Of a DNA stretch of 58,525 nt, positions 8,500-16,616 are shown in pieces. The position numbers and the translations under genes are program-made. Numbering within the stretch: the first letter of the stretch is position 1; every line of letters starts with the position of its first letter. This stretch comes from Candidatus Nealsonbacteria bacterium (GTDB lineage: Bacteria; Patescibacteriota; Minisyncoccia; Minisyncoccales; PWPS01): NCBI GenBank assembly GCA_003551435.1, contig PUMQ01000004.1, forward strand, positions 1-58,525. The letters run 5' to 3'. The notes under the pieces are model-generated. The model worked only from the letters and a program-made list of their open reading frames with translations. It had not been told where the DNA came from and did not search any database.

Positions 8500-8904
8500 A
8501 TGAAGATAAACCTTCTTGCTTATTTTCTCTGTTTGGTTTTTTTGATTGTTGTGGACGGAATATGGCTCTCTTTTGTAATAAAGAGATTCGTTACAGACAA
8601 GATAGGGCACCTGATGGCCGAATCCGTGAAAATGGGGCCGGTGGTGGTTTTTTATCCTCTTTATGCGCTGGCTGTTACTGTTCTTGTTATTTTACCGGCC
8701 TTGGAAGGGGGATTTCCTTTGTGGAAGGTGTTTTTACTTGGAGGGCTTTTGGGACTTGCCGCCTACGGGGCTTATGATCTTACCAACCAGGCTACCTTAA
8801 AAGATTGGCCCTTATCGATGACTGTCGTTGATATGTGCTGGGGAGGAGTAATGACAGGTGCGGTAAGTACGGCAGTTGTTTATTTATTAAAATTTTTTAA
8901 CTGA
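8500..8904 (+). CDS. DUF2177-like small membrane protein
   Basis: ATG 8500 gives MKINLLAYFLCLVFLIVVDGIWLSFVIKRF.., four hydrophobic segments, about 134 aa. The family call is from memory of the DUF2177 N-terminal pattern. Confidence 0.45.
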   Translation: MKINLLAYFLCLVFLIVVDGIWLSFVIKRFVTDKIGHLMAESVKMGPVVVFYPLYALAVTVLVILPALEGGFPLWKVFLLGGLLGLAAYGAYDLTNQATLKDWPLSMTVVDMCWGGVMTGAVSTAVVYLLKFFN

Positions 8905-8912
8905 TTTATTGT

Positions 8913-9368
8913 ATGAGTAAAACCATTTTAGCTGTTTTAAGCGGACTTTTTATCATCGGAGGGTCGCTTTACCTTACTGCACCCCAAGAAGACTCCGAAA
9001 CGATGCGTGAAGAAGAGCTGGCGGTGGAAAGAAGTGAAAAGGAAGAGAAAGGAGAGATATTGGGAGAAGAAAAGGAAGAAGCAGAAGAGGTAAGCGATTA
9101 CGAAAAAGAAGATCTTATCGGCTGTTTGGCGGAAAGGGGAGTTGTTATTTACGGAAGCAAAACATGTCCCGCTTGTGCTCATCTTGCCGAAAGCTTCGGG
9201 GGCTATGAGGCGGTAGAAAAGATATATGTAGAGTGCACACAAGAGAGAGAACGGTGCAACAAAGAAAAGGTAACGGGATTTGTTCCCGAAATACAGATCA
9301 AAGAAAAGCTGTACGAGGGACAAAGAGACCCCGCCTCCCTTGCCCGAGAAACGGGGTGTGAATTTTAA
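8913..9368 (+). CDS. Membrane-anchored thioredoxin/glutaredoxin-like protein
   Basis: N-terminal anchor, acidic linker, then VVIYGSKTCPACAHL (a CxxC motif in thioredoxin-fold context). Confidence 0.6.
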   Translation: MSKTILAVLSGLFIIGGSLYLTAPQEDSETMREEELAVERSEKEEKGEILGEEKEEAEEVSDYEKEDLIGCLAERGVVIYGSKTCPACAHLAESFGGYEAVEKIYVECTQERERCNKEKVTGFVPEIQIKEKLYEGQRDPASLARETGCEF

Positions 9369-9399
9369 AATTATTGCTGAGGTAAAAAAAGAGTGCTAG

Positions 9400-10698
9400 C
9401 TAGCACTCTTTTTTTGTTTCTTTTTCCGGATACTCGGGCGTTCCTTCTTTCGGGTTTTCAGAAAAAACAGGCAGTAAATGCTCGTAAATCTTTCTTACTC
9501 TCGTATTGTAGATGAAAAAGATAAGGGATGATGTAAGAAGAATGGAGAAGAAAACAACCGCGTAGGTAACGTCTTGGATTATCTGTCCTCCCTCAAGCCC
9601 TTTCTGTAGAGGGATTAGTGCCAGCACAGCGGTGGCGAGCCCCCGGGGAACGGTAACGGAAATAATGGAAGCGTCAAATTTCGGCGTTGATTTAGGGATA
9701 CTAAAAAGGACTGCCGGAATACGGATGGCAAAAATAAAGAGCGTTAAGAGAAGTCCTAAGAAAAGAATGGGGATGTTGTCAAAGTTGAGAGATATTCCGA
9801 TAAAGAGGAAAAAGAAGATCTTTATAAGAAAAACCACCTCGCAGAAAAAGGAGAGCTCTTTATTGGATAGCTGTTGTGGGCGGAGCAAAGCATAAAGAAA
9901 CTTGTGGCGTTTTTCAAGGAAGGCGATAAAGACAGGCATATTTCCCAGAATGATGCCGAAAATGATAATGGAGACGAGCCCGCTAAATCCCATAAGCTCG
10001 GTTATTCCGTAAATGATGAAAACAAAGGCGGGGGTGGTAAAGGAAGAGTTCTTAATATTGTGCACTTTGTTTAAGAGCAAAGACCAAAAAAAGGCGGCCA
10101 AGGTTCCAATGAGGATGGCCATGATAAGCATTCTTCCGATGTCAAAAACAACCGAGTCAATGTGCAGAACTCCTATTTCCAGGGAAGTTATAAAAGCAAG
10201 GGTAAAAACAATACTGAGCATTCCGCTTAGTCCGGACTCCAAAAAAAGAGTAGCGCGCGAATCTTCCCTTATCTTCATTTTCTCTATTAAAGGAACAACA
10301 ATGGCGGCTGCGTTGTCTCCCAAAATAGCGCCGATAAGAAAGGCGGAAACGGTGCTAAAGCCGGCAAAGACGCTCAGCAGAATCCCGGTTCCCGCCATAG
10401 TTAAAAGAAAACTTGTTAAAGACAAGCTGACGGTTCCGAAGCTGGCTTTTTTTAAAGAGTCGATTCTCAATCTGGTGGCTCCCTCAAAAAGGATGATTAC
10501 CAAAACGAGCATTACCAGCACGTTTCCCGCTTCTCCCAAGAAATCGGGAGGGACGATATTTAAAAGAGGCCCTATTACTATTCCGATACACATCAAAAGC
10601 AAAACGTCGGGAATTCTCACAAAGCCGAATAGCCACGCAAAAAAATGAGCCAGAAAAACAAGAAGCCCGATAAATATAATGCTTAATCCTATTTCCAT
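9400..10698 (-). CDS. Cation:proton antiporter (Na+/H+ exchanger family)
   Basis: 432-aa polytopic protein with length and TM pattern typical of the CPA family (..GPLLNIV.., ..ESGLSG..). Confidence 0.7.
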   Translation of the reverse strand: MEIGLSIIFIGLLVFLAHFFAWLFGFVRIPDVLLLMCIGIVIGPLLNIVPPDFLGEAGNVLVMLVLVIILFEGATRLRIDSLKKASFGTVSLSLTSFLLTMAGTGILLSVFAGFSTVSAFLIGAILGDNAAAIVVPLIEKMKIREDSRATLFLESGLSGMLSIVFTLAFITSLEIGVLHIDSVVFDIGRMLIMAILIGTLAAFFWSLLLNKVHNIKNSSFTTPAFVFIIYGITELMGFSGLVSIIIFGIILGNMPVFIAFLEKRHKFLYALLRPQQLSNKELSFFCEVVFLIKIFFFLFIGISLNFDNIPILFLGLLLTLFIFAIRIPAVLFSIPKSTPKFDASIISVTVPRGLATAVLALIPLQKGLEGGQIIQDVTYAVVFFSILLTSSLIFFIYNTRVRKIYEHLLPVFSENPKEGTPEYPEKETKKEC

Positions 10699-10794
10699 AT
10701 TCCGATTTTAGCACAGAATTTTTAAAAAATCATCCAGTTGCTTTTTGCTTCTTAGCTTGTTAAAATAGATTAAAGCGAGTATAAAATAAGACAT

Positions 10795-11400
10795 ATGGTT
10801 ACGCTTACCAAAAAAGACAAAGAGTACATAGACAGCACCAAGGGAAAACTTGTAGCTCGCGGTATTTTTGATCATCTTCCCGTAATGGAAAGAATGTTTG
10901 GGAAAGGAGCGCCGGAAAAAGTGGAAAAAGAAATGAGGCGCTTGGGATATGGTATTAATTTTTCGGAAACAAAAATCTCAGATAAAATACCTACCTCTTC
11001 CTATATCGCTTTTCTGGTCACACAAAAGTACGTTTTTAATCTGGAGGAAAAAGATTTCAGAAAAATAGGCACAGAAACGGCAAAGCTATCTTTTCTCTTG
11101 AAATTCGTCAGTAAATTTTTGGTTTCTTTAGAGGCGATTTGTGAAAATTCAAACGTCGCCTGGAAAAAGTATTATTACGAGGGAGGAGAGCTTCATATAA
11201 CGGAGGTTAATAAGGAAGAGAAAAAAGTAACGGCGGAACTTAGAGATTTTGTCGGCCATCCGGTTCACTGCTGTTATCTGGAGGGATATTTTGCTCAGAT
11301 AATGTTTTTTGTTCTCGGAGGAAAAGTGACCTGCCGTGAAGAAGCGTGTCCCTTCAAAGATGGGGGAGATATTCACCGCTTTGTGATTACTTGGGAATAG
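10795..11400 (+). CDS. V4R-like domain protein, paralog 3 of 4
   Basis: 201 aa: HPVHCCYLEGYFAQIMFFVLGGKVTCREEACPFKDGGDIHRFVITWE. In tandem with paralog 4. Confidence 0.6.
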   Translation: MVTLTKKDKEYIDSTKGKLVARGIFDHLPVMERMFGKGAPEKVEKEMRRLGYGINFSETKISDKIPTSSYIAFLVTQKYVFNLEEKDFRKIGTETAKLSFLLKFVSKFLVSLEAICENSNVAWKKYYYEGGELHITEVNKEEKKVTAELRDFVGHPVHCCYLEGYFAQIMFFVLGGKVTCREEACPFKDGGDIHRFVITWE

Positions 11401-11436
11401 AATTACTAAAATTAAAAATATTTAACAATTCAAAGA

Positions 11437-12033
11437 ATGATTACTCTAGAAGAAAAGGACAAAGAGTATATCAATAACTCGAAAGGCACTTATGCCGCTC
11501 GCGGAGTTATTGACAACTTAAACGTTATAAGGCAGGAGTTTGGGAAAGAAGGCGAGGAAAAAATTAAAGAGGAGATGAAAAAGCTGGGGTATGACATATA
11601 TGGAATCAAGGGAGGAGAAAAAATAAATGTGGATCTTTTTCTTACTTTTTTGGTTGTGAAAAAACAACTTTTTAACTTGGATGACGAAGGCGTGCGTGAA
11701 ATGGCGGCAAAAGCGGCCAAGTTTTCTTTTTTTATCAGATTTGCAAGCAGGTTTTTAGCTTCGCTGGAAACGATTTGCAGAAATGCGGACGCCGCTTGGC
11801 ACAAGTATCATGACAGCGGAAACCTTTATATTACCGAGGTTGATAAAGAGAAAAAAAGAATAACAGGAGAAGTTCACGGGTTTTTAGGACACCCGGTATA
11901 CTGTCTTTTTCTTGAGGGATATTTTGCTCAGATAATCTTCTTTGTACTTGGCACAAAGGTGGTCTGTCGAGAGGAGGGGTGTCCCTTTAAAGACGGGGGA
12001 GATATTCACCGCTTTGTAATTACCTGGGAGTAA
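11437..12033 (+). CDS. V4R-like domain protein, paralog 4 of 4
   Basis: 198 aa: HPVYCLFLEGYFAQIIFFVLGTKVVCREEGCPFKDGGDIHRFVITWE. Two 23-nt blocks are identical to paralog 3 (11914-11936 = 11281-11303; 11995-12017 = 11362-11384). Confidence 0.6.
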   Translation: MITLEEKDKEYINNSKGTYAARGVIDNLNVIRQEFGKEGEEKIKEEMKKLGYDIYGIKGGEKINVDLFLTFLVVKKQLFNLDDEGVREMAAKAAKFSFFIRFASRFLASLETICRNADAAWHKYHDSGNLYITEVDKEKKRITGEVHGFLGHPVYCLFLEGYFAQIIFFVLGTKVVCREEGCPFKDGGDIHRFVITWE

Positions 12034-12034
12034 T

Positions 12035-12682
12035 ATGGCTTTTTTCTATTTTTTTCTTTTAGTTTTGTTTCTTATCATCATCTCTCCTTTGATTGCCGCT
12101 TTTTTCTTTCTTTACATGGTGAGATTGGGGTTTGATTTTTTGGATTTCTCACCTTCGGTGGCTTTTTTGATACTTTTTTTGATACTTATCGGCTCTTTTA
12201 TTAATATTCCGCTTACAAAAAAAAGACTTGTGAAGGTTTCCGAACCTTATTTTCTGGGAATGGGGAGCCGGCCGGTCTGGAGAGCGCAGGGGGTTTCCGT
12301 AAACGTCGGGGGAGCGCTAATCCCCCTTCTTATTGCCGGCTACTTTTTCCCTCAAGTGCCGCTACAAGCCCTCCTTGTTACCACTACAGTGGTTGCTTTT
12401 TTTTCTTTTTTGGGAGCCCGCTTTATAGAGAAAAGAGGAGTGGTTATCCCTATGATTTTACCTGTCCTTTTTTCCGCCTTTTTCGCTGTGATTCTCGCTC
12501 CCTCTTATGCCGCACAGGTTGCCTTTAGTGCCGGAGTCCTCGGAGTTTTGATAGGTGCCGACCTTTTTTACCTTCCTTTTGTTTTGAAAAAAAGCGGAGG
12601 AGTGGCGGTATTGGGAGGAGCGGGAGTTTTTGACGGCATATTCTTAGTAGGTCTTATTTCCGCTTTTCTTGCCGCTCTCTAA
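12035..12682 (+). CDS. Polytopic membrane protein (possibly DUF1614-like)
   Basis: 215 aa, starting 1 nt after the stop of paralog 4 and so probably co-transcribed. The INIPL and VNVGGALIPLLIA motifs recall DUF1614, but that recollection is weak. Confidence 0.4.
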   Translation: MAFFYFFLLVLFLIIISPLIAAFFFLYMVRLGFDFLDFSPSVAFLILFLILIGSFINIPLTKKRLVKVSEPYFLGMGSRPVWRAQGVSVNVGGALIPLLIAGYFFPQVPLQALLVTTTVVAFFSFLGARFIEKRGVVIPMILPVLFSAFFAVILAPSYAAQVAFSAGVLGVLIGADLFYLPFVLKKSGGVAVLGGAGVFDGIFLVGLISAFLAAL

Positions 12683-12787
12683 AATATTTGACAAAAAAGC
12701 CTAAATAGAGTAGTCTTTCTCACATAAAGTAGAGAAATGGGGTCGGGTTTCTTTTTAATTATTAAATAAAGCTTACTTAAACTTTAA

Positions 12788-12982
12788 ATGGAAGGCACAA
12801 TCAAAACCCTTACAGAGAGAGGATTCGGTTTCATTGAAAGAGAAGGAGAGGACGATCTTTTTTTCCACTCCAACGATCTTGTCGACGTGAACTTTGATGA
12901 TCTTAGCGTAGGGGACAAAGTGAGTTTCGAGGTTGCTACGTCCAACAAAGGACCGAAGGCGACTAACGTTTCTCGCGTCTAA
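12788..12982 (+). CDS. Cold-shock domain protein
   Basis: 64 aa: GTIKTLTERGFGFIEREGEDDLFFHSNDL. The RNP1-like GFGFI and RNP2-like FFH motifs are present. Confidence 0.9.
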   Translation: MEGTIKTLTERGFGFIEREGEDDLFFHSNDLVDVNFDDLSVGDKVSFEVATSNKGPKATNVSRV

Positions 12983-13034
12983 AAAAAGAAATCCTCTCTT
13001 TTTAGAGGGGGTTTCCCTTTTAGAGAGAAGAAAA

Positions 13035-13066
13035 GAGGGGGCGGATCCCCCCTTTTTCGTTTTTTC
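13035..13066 (+). terminator. Intrinsic terminator after the csp gene
   Basis: GGGGG-CGGATC-CCCCC hairpin followed by TTTTTCGTTTTTT. A weaker hairpin lies at 12993-13008. Confidence 0.6.
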
Positions 13067-13091
13067 GGTTTGCATTATAATAAAGCTGGTT

Positions 13092-14954
13092 ATGGCAAAA
13101 AAAATTATAGGGGAAATAAGCATTACTTCGCTTGGAAAGGGGTATTTAAAAAGCGAGGAACTAAAAGAAAGCGTGAGGATTGACGCTCCTTTTTTAAACA
13201 CTGCCCTTCACAACGATAAGGTGGAAGCGGTTCTTTTCCCAAGAAAGAAAAACGAAAAAAAGCAGTCCGGAGAAGTAGTTAAAGTATTAAAAAGGGCGAA
13301 AAACAGATTTGTGGGAACGGTAGAAAAAAAGAAAGGGCAGAAATTTGCTTTTGTTTCCCCGGACGATCCCAAAATGTACGTTGATATTTTTATTCCCGGA
13401 AACAAACTGCAAAACAAAACAAAGGTTCTTACAGAGATTGTCAGCTGGAAAGATCCTAAAAAAAACCCGGAAGGAAGGGTTTTGGAGGTGATCGGAAAGA
13501 AGGGAAAGATGGACACCGAAATGCACTCCATTGTGCTAGAAAAGGGATTGGCCGTAAAATTTCCCAAAAAAGTAAAAGAAGAGGCCAGGAAAGCAAAAAG
13601 AAAAACGTTTAGTGTCGGAAAAAGAAGGGATTTCCGAAAAGTGGCCACCTTTACCATTGATCCTGAAGACGCTAAAGACTTTGATGATGCCCTTTCTTTA
13701 AAAAAACTTAAAGAAGGGGTTTACGAGGTGGGAGTCCACATTGCCGACGTTTCTTATTACGTAGAAGAGGGAAGCGCTACCGACAAGGAAGCAAAAAAGC
13801 GGGGCTTTTCTATCTATCTTGTTGACCGCACCATTCCTATGCTTCCTGAAGATCTTTCCAATGATGCCTGCAGCCTAAGGCCAAATGAAGACAGAGCCGC
13901 CTTTTCCGTTGTTTTTAAGATGAAGAAAAACGGGGAAGTGCTGGACACATGGTTCGGAGAAACAGTCATTTGTTCCAAAAAAAGGTTTACTTACAAAGAG
14001 GCGCAAGACGTCCTGCAAAAGAAAAAAGGGAGGTTCTATGAAGAGCTCTTGTTTCTTAACTCTGTTTCGGAGAAACTGAAAAAAGAAAGAGAAAGAAAGG
14101 GAGCTCTCCGGTTTGATGACGATGAGCTTCTGTTCCAGCTTGATCACGATGGGGTGCCGATTGGTATTTTCCGCAAAGAACATCTCCCCACTCACGGACT
14201 AATAGAGGAGTTTATGATTTTGGCAAACAGGAGTGCTTCGGAAAAATTCAACACTCTCTATAGAATCCATGAGCCGCCGGACAAAGAGATGATTGATAAT
14301 CTTCTTTCTTTCCTTTCCGGCCTTGGTTATAAGATAAAGGTAAAAGGAAGAGAGATGAATTCTTCCGAAATAAATAACCTTATAGAAAAAGTCCGGGGGA
14401 AGGATGAGGAGTTTCTTGTAAAGAAGGCTGTTCTGCGGTCGATGTCCAAGGCGGCTTACTCAGTGAAAAACAAAAAACATTTCGGTTTAGCGGTCAAAGA
14501 ATATATGCACTTTACTTCTCCTATAAGAAGATACGCCGACCTTATGATGCACAGGATTGTAAAAAAGAAATTGAAAGGGAAGAAAGTTAATGCGCCAGAT
14601 TACGACAAGGTAGCCAAAGAAATATCTTTAAGAGAGCTTGATGTGCTTGAAGCGGAAAGAGATTCCATTGCTTATAAACAAGTGGAATATATGCTCCGCA
14701 AGAAAGGGGAATTGTTTGAAGCCATTATTTCCGGAGTGACCAATTCGGGAATTTTTGTCCAAGAACTTGAAACGAAGGCGGAAGGAATGATCTCTATCCG
14801 CGACATGGACGACGATTATTATATTTTAGACGAAGAAAATTACGCTCTTATCGGAACAAGAAAGAGAAAGAGATATGCTCTGGGAAACAAGATAAAGGTG
14901 AGGCTTGTTGGAGGAAGTCTGGAAATGAAACAACTGGACTTCACTCTTGCTTAA
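13092..14954 (+). CDS. rnr: Ribonuclease R (RNB family 3'-5' exoribonuclease with C-terminal S1 domain)
   Basis: RNB-domain motifs (TIDPEDAKDFDDALS, YLVDRTIPMLPE, HFGLA..YMHFTSPIRRYADLMMHR) and an S1-like C-terminus. ATG 13092 (MAKKIIGEI) is preferred because the track's 12933 start overlaps csp and its terminators. Confidence 0.9.
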   Translation: MAKKIIGEISITSLGKGYLKSEELKESVRIDAPFLNTALHNDKVEAVLFPRKKNEKKQSGEVVKVLKRAKNRFVGTVEKKKGQKFAFVSPDDPKMYVDIFIPGNKLQNKTKVLTEIVSWKDPKKNPEGRVLEVIGKKGKMDTEMHSIVLEKGLAVKFPKKVKEEARKAKRKTFSVGKRRDFRKVATFTIDPEDAKDFDDALSLKKLKEGVYEVGVHIADVSYYVEEGSATDKEAKKRGFSIYLVDRTIPMLPEDLSNDACSLRPNEDRAAFSVVFKMKKNGEVLDTWFGETVICSKKRFTYKEAQDVLQKKKGRFYEELLFLNSVSEKLKKERERKGALRFDDDELLFQLDHDGVPIGIFRKEHLPTHGLIEEFMILANRSASEKFNTLYRIHEPPDKEMIDNLLSFLSGLGYKIKVKGREMNSSEINNLIEKVRGKDEEFLVKKAVLRSMSKAAYSVKNKKHFGLAVKEYMHFTSPIRRYADLMMHRIVKKKLKGKKVNAPDYDKVAKEISLRELDVLEAERDSIAYKQVEYMLRKKGELFEAIISGVTNSGIFVQELETKAEGMISIRDMDDDYYILDEENYALIGTRKRKRYALGNKIKVRLVGGSLEMKQLDFTLA

Positions 14955-14963
14955 CTAAAATCC

Positions 14964-15030
14964 CGGAGGTCGGACCTCCGTAAACTTGCGAAGGTCGGAC
15001 CTTCGCAAACTTGCATAAGGTGGACCTCTG
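14964..15030. repeat. Cluster of three palindromic repeats (CGGAGGTCGGACCTCCG / TGCGAAGGTCGGACCTTCGCA / degenerate CATAAGGTGGACCTCTG) spaced by AAACTTG
   Basis: Read directly at 14964-14980, 14987-15007 and 15014-15030. The cluster starts 10 nt after the rnr stop. Confidence 0.85.
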
Positions 15031-15031
15031 T

Positions 15032-15060
15032 TTGACAAATGTCCAGTATTCTGATATAAT
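15032..15060 (+). promoter_or_regulatory. Consensus sigma-70-type promoter (TTGACA-N17-TATAAT)
   Basis: TTGACA at 15032-15037 and TATAAT at 15055-15060. A GGGAGG Shine-Dalgarno sequence and ATG 15114 lie downstream. Confidence 0.7.
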
Positions 15061-15113
15061 ATAGAAAGCTCTATTCATAGAGAGAAAAAAGATTTTACAG
15101 GGAGGAAAAAATA

Positions 15114-15296
15114 ATGAAAAGATTTATCTCTTTGCTCTTTTTGGTAATTTTGTTTATTTTGTCCCTCTGGCCCGCTCTCTGTATAGGAGAATGGTTGGCA
15201 AAAAGTCTATTCAATGCTTTCATTATTCAGGGCTTTCTGATCATGATAGTGTTCCGGCTTTTTGTCTTTATATTTAAGATTTTAAAATCCGCCTAA
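15114..15296 (+). CDS. Small (60-aa) two-TM membrane protein
   Basis: It has its own consensus promoter, a GGGAGG ribosome-binding site and a terminator, forming a self-contained unit. Confidence 0.55.
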   Translation: MKRFISLLFLVILFILSLWPALCIGEWLAKSLFNAFIIQGFLIMIVFRLFVFIFKILKSA

Positions 15297-15327
15297 GTGG
15301 GGCAAAAAAAAGCAGGATTGGGTAAAG

Positions 15328-15350
15328 GGCGTCTTCGGACGCCTTTTTTA
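15328..15350 (+). terminator. Intrinsic terminator
   Basis: GGCGTC-TTCG-GACGCC followed by TTTTTTAT. Confidence 0.75.
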
Positions 15351-15385
15351 TTTCCCTTTTTATTTTTTTGGGGCATAATGTGAGT

Positions 15386-16564
15386 ATGTTTAAGTTTGAG
15401 GTCAAAAAAGAATCAGGAAGAGCGCGTACCGGCATTTTACACACTCCCCACGGAGAGATAAAAACCCCCGGGTTTGTTCCGGTAGCTACCAAAGGAGCGC
15501 TAAAAGGAATGGGCTTTGAAAGAGCAAAAGAGCTTGGCGCGGATGTTTTTATGGTAAATACCTTTCACTTTTACTGCAAAAAAGAGTACGAGACGGTAAA
15601 AAAAATGGGAGGGCTTCATAAATTTTTGGACGTAAACTTTCCTTTAATGACAGATAGTGGAGGGTTTCAGGTATTTAGCTTGGGTTTTGGATATGAGCAC
15701 GGAGTGGGAAAGATTGCTCCTAATATTTCTGAAAAAGATAATAAAAAGAAGAAAAATTTGGTTAAAATAGAAGAAAATGGGGCTATTTTTTCGTCTCCTT
15801 TTGACGGAAGCAAAGTGGAAATTACTCCCGAAAGCTCAATTGATGCCCAAAAAAAGATGGGAGCGGATATTATTTTCGCCTTTGACGAGTGCACTTCTCC
15901 ACTGGCTTCTTATAAATATCAGAAGGAATCTCTTAAAAGAACTCATCAATGGGCGGAGCGTTCTCTGGAGGCGCTCGGGAAAACAAGAAAGCAAGTGATG
16001 ATGGGCATCGTCCAGGGAGGAAAATTTGAAGACTTGCGCAGGGAATCGGCCCGTTTTATCGCCTCTCTCCCTTTTTTCGGATTTGGAATAGGGGGATCTT
16101 TTGGAGAATCCTTTGGCGATTCAAAAAGCAGTATGTCTTCTGTTTTAGAGACGATATTCGAAGAACTTCCCAAAGAAAAGCCGCGGCACCTGCTAGGAAT
16201 CGGGGAGCCGGAAAACCTCATAGAAAGCGCTTTGAGAGGAGTAGATCTTTTTGATTGCGTGATTCCCACCCGTTTTGCCCGCCACGGAACGGCTCTCACA
16301 AGGAAGGGGAGAATTAATATAAAAGCGTCTTGCTACAGAGAAGATAAAAACCCGCTTGATAAGAGCTGCTCTTGCAACGTGTGCCGGAGATATAAAAAAA
16401 GCTACCTTCACCACTTGGTAAAAAACAAAGAAATTTACGGAATTATGCTTTTAACAGAGCACAATCTTCACTTTGTTTTGCATTTAATGGAGAAAATAAG
16501 AGAAGCAATTGAAAAAGGGGACTCCTCGGAATTAAAAAAAGAGTATCTCTCAAACCCTAGATAA
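15386..16564 (+). CDS. tgt: tRNA-guanine transglycosylase (queuine tRNA-ribosyltransferase family)
   Basis: MFKFEV..GRARTG.LHTPHGEIKTPGFVPVATKG, DSGGFQV, GIVQGG, LLGIGEP, and the zinc motif CSCNVCRRY..YLHH. The start could be ATG 15386 or GTG 15380. Confidence 0.9.
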   Translation: MFKFEVKKESGRARTGILHTPHGEIKTPGFVPVATKGALKGMGFERAKELGADVFMVNTFHFYCKKEYETVKKMGGLHKFLDVNFPLMTDSGGFQVFSLGFGYEHGVGKIAPNISEKDNKKKKNLVKIEENGAIFSSPFDGSKVEITPESSIDAQKKMGADIIFAFDECTSPLASYKYQKESLKRTHQWAERSLEALGKTRKQVMMGIVQGGKFEDLRRESARFIASLPFFGFGIGGSFGESFGDSKSSMSSVLETIFEELPKEKPRHLLGIGEPENLIESALRGVDLFDCVIPTRFARHGTALTRKGRINIKASCYREDKNPLDKSCSCNVCRRYKKSYLHHLVKNKEIYGIMLLTEHNLHFVLHLMEKIREAIEKGDSSELKKEYLSNPR

Positions 16565-16567
16565 TTT

Positions 16568-16612
16568 CCAAAGGTCGGACCTCTGCAACTCTGCGAAGGT
16601 CGGACCTTTGCA
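16568..16612. repeat. Two palindromic repeat copies between the convergent tgt and topA genes
   Basis: CCAAAGGTCGGACCTCTG (16568-16585) and TGCGAAGGTCGGACCTTTGCA (16592-16612) fill the 52-nt gap between the two stop codons. Confidence 0.85.
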
Positions 16613-16616
16613 ATTA

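Noticed and set aside
10013-10648. 211-aa + strand ORF antisense to the Na+/H+ antiporter gene
   Set aside because: This is a shadow ORF inside a well-supported polytopic membrane-protein gene. The product is low-complexity and Lys/Ser/Pro-rich. The same reasoning applies to other long antisense ORFs, such as 40373-41059 and 41135-41659 in clpB, 33659-34240 and 35757-36224 in the ABC genes, 17929-18399 in topA and 31582-32052 in the HlyD-like gene.
12933-13091. Upstream extension of rnr overlapping csp and two terminator hairpins
   Set aside because: The extension would read through the csp 3' end and its terminators. ATG 13092 gives a normal RNase R N-terminus.
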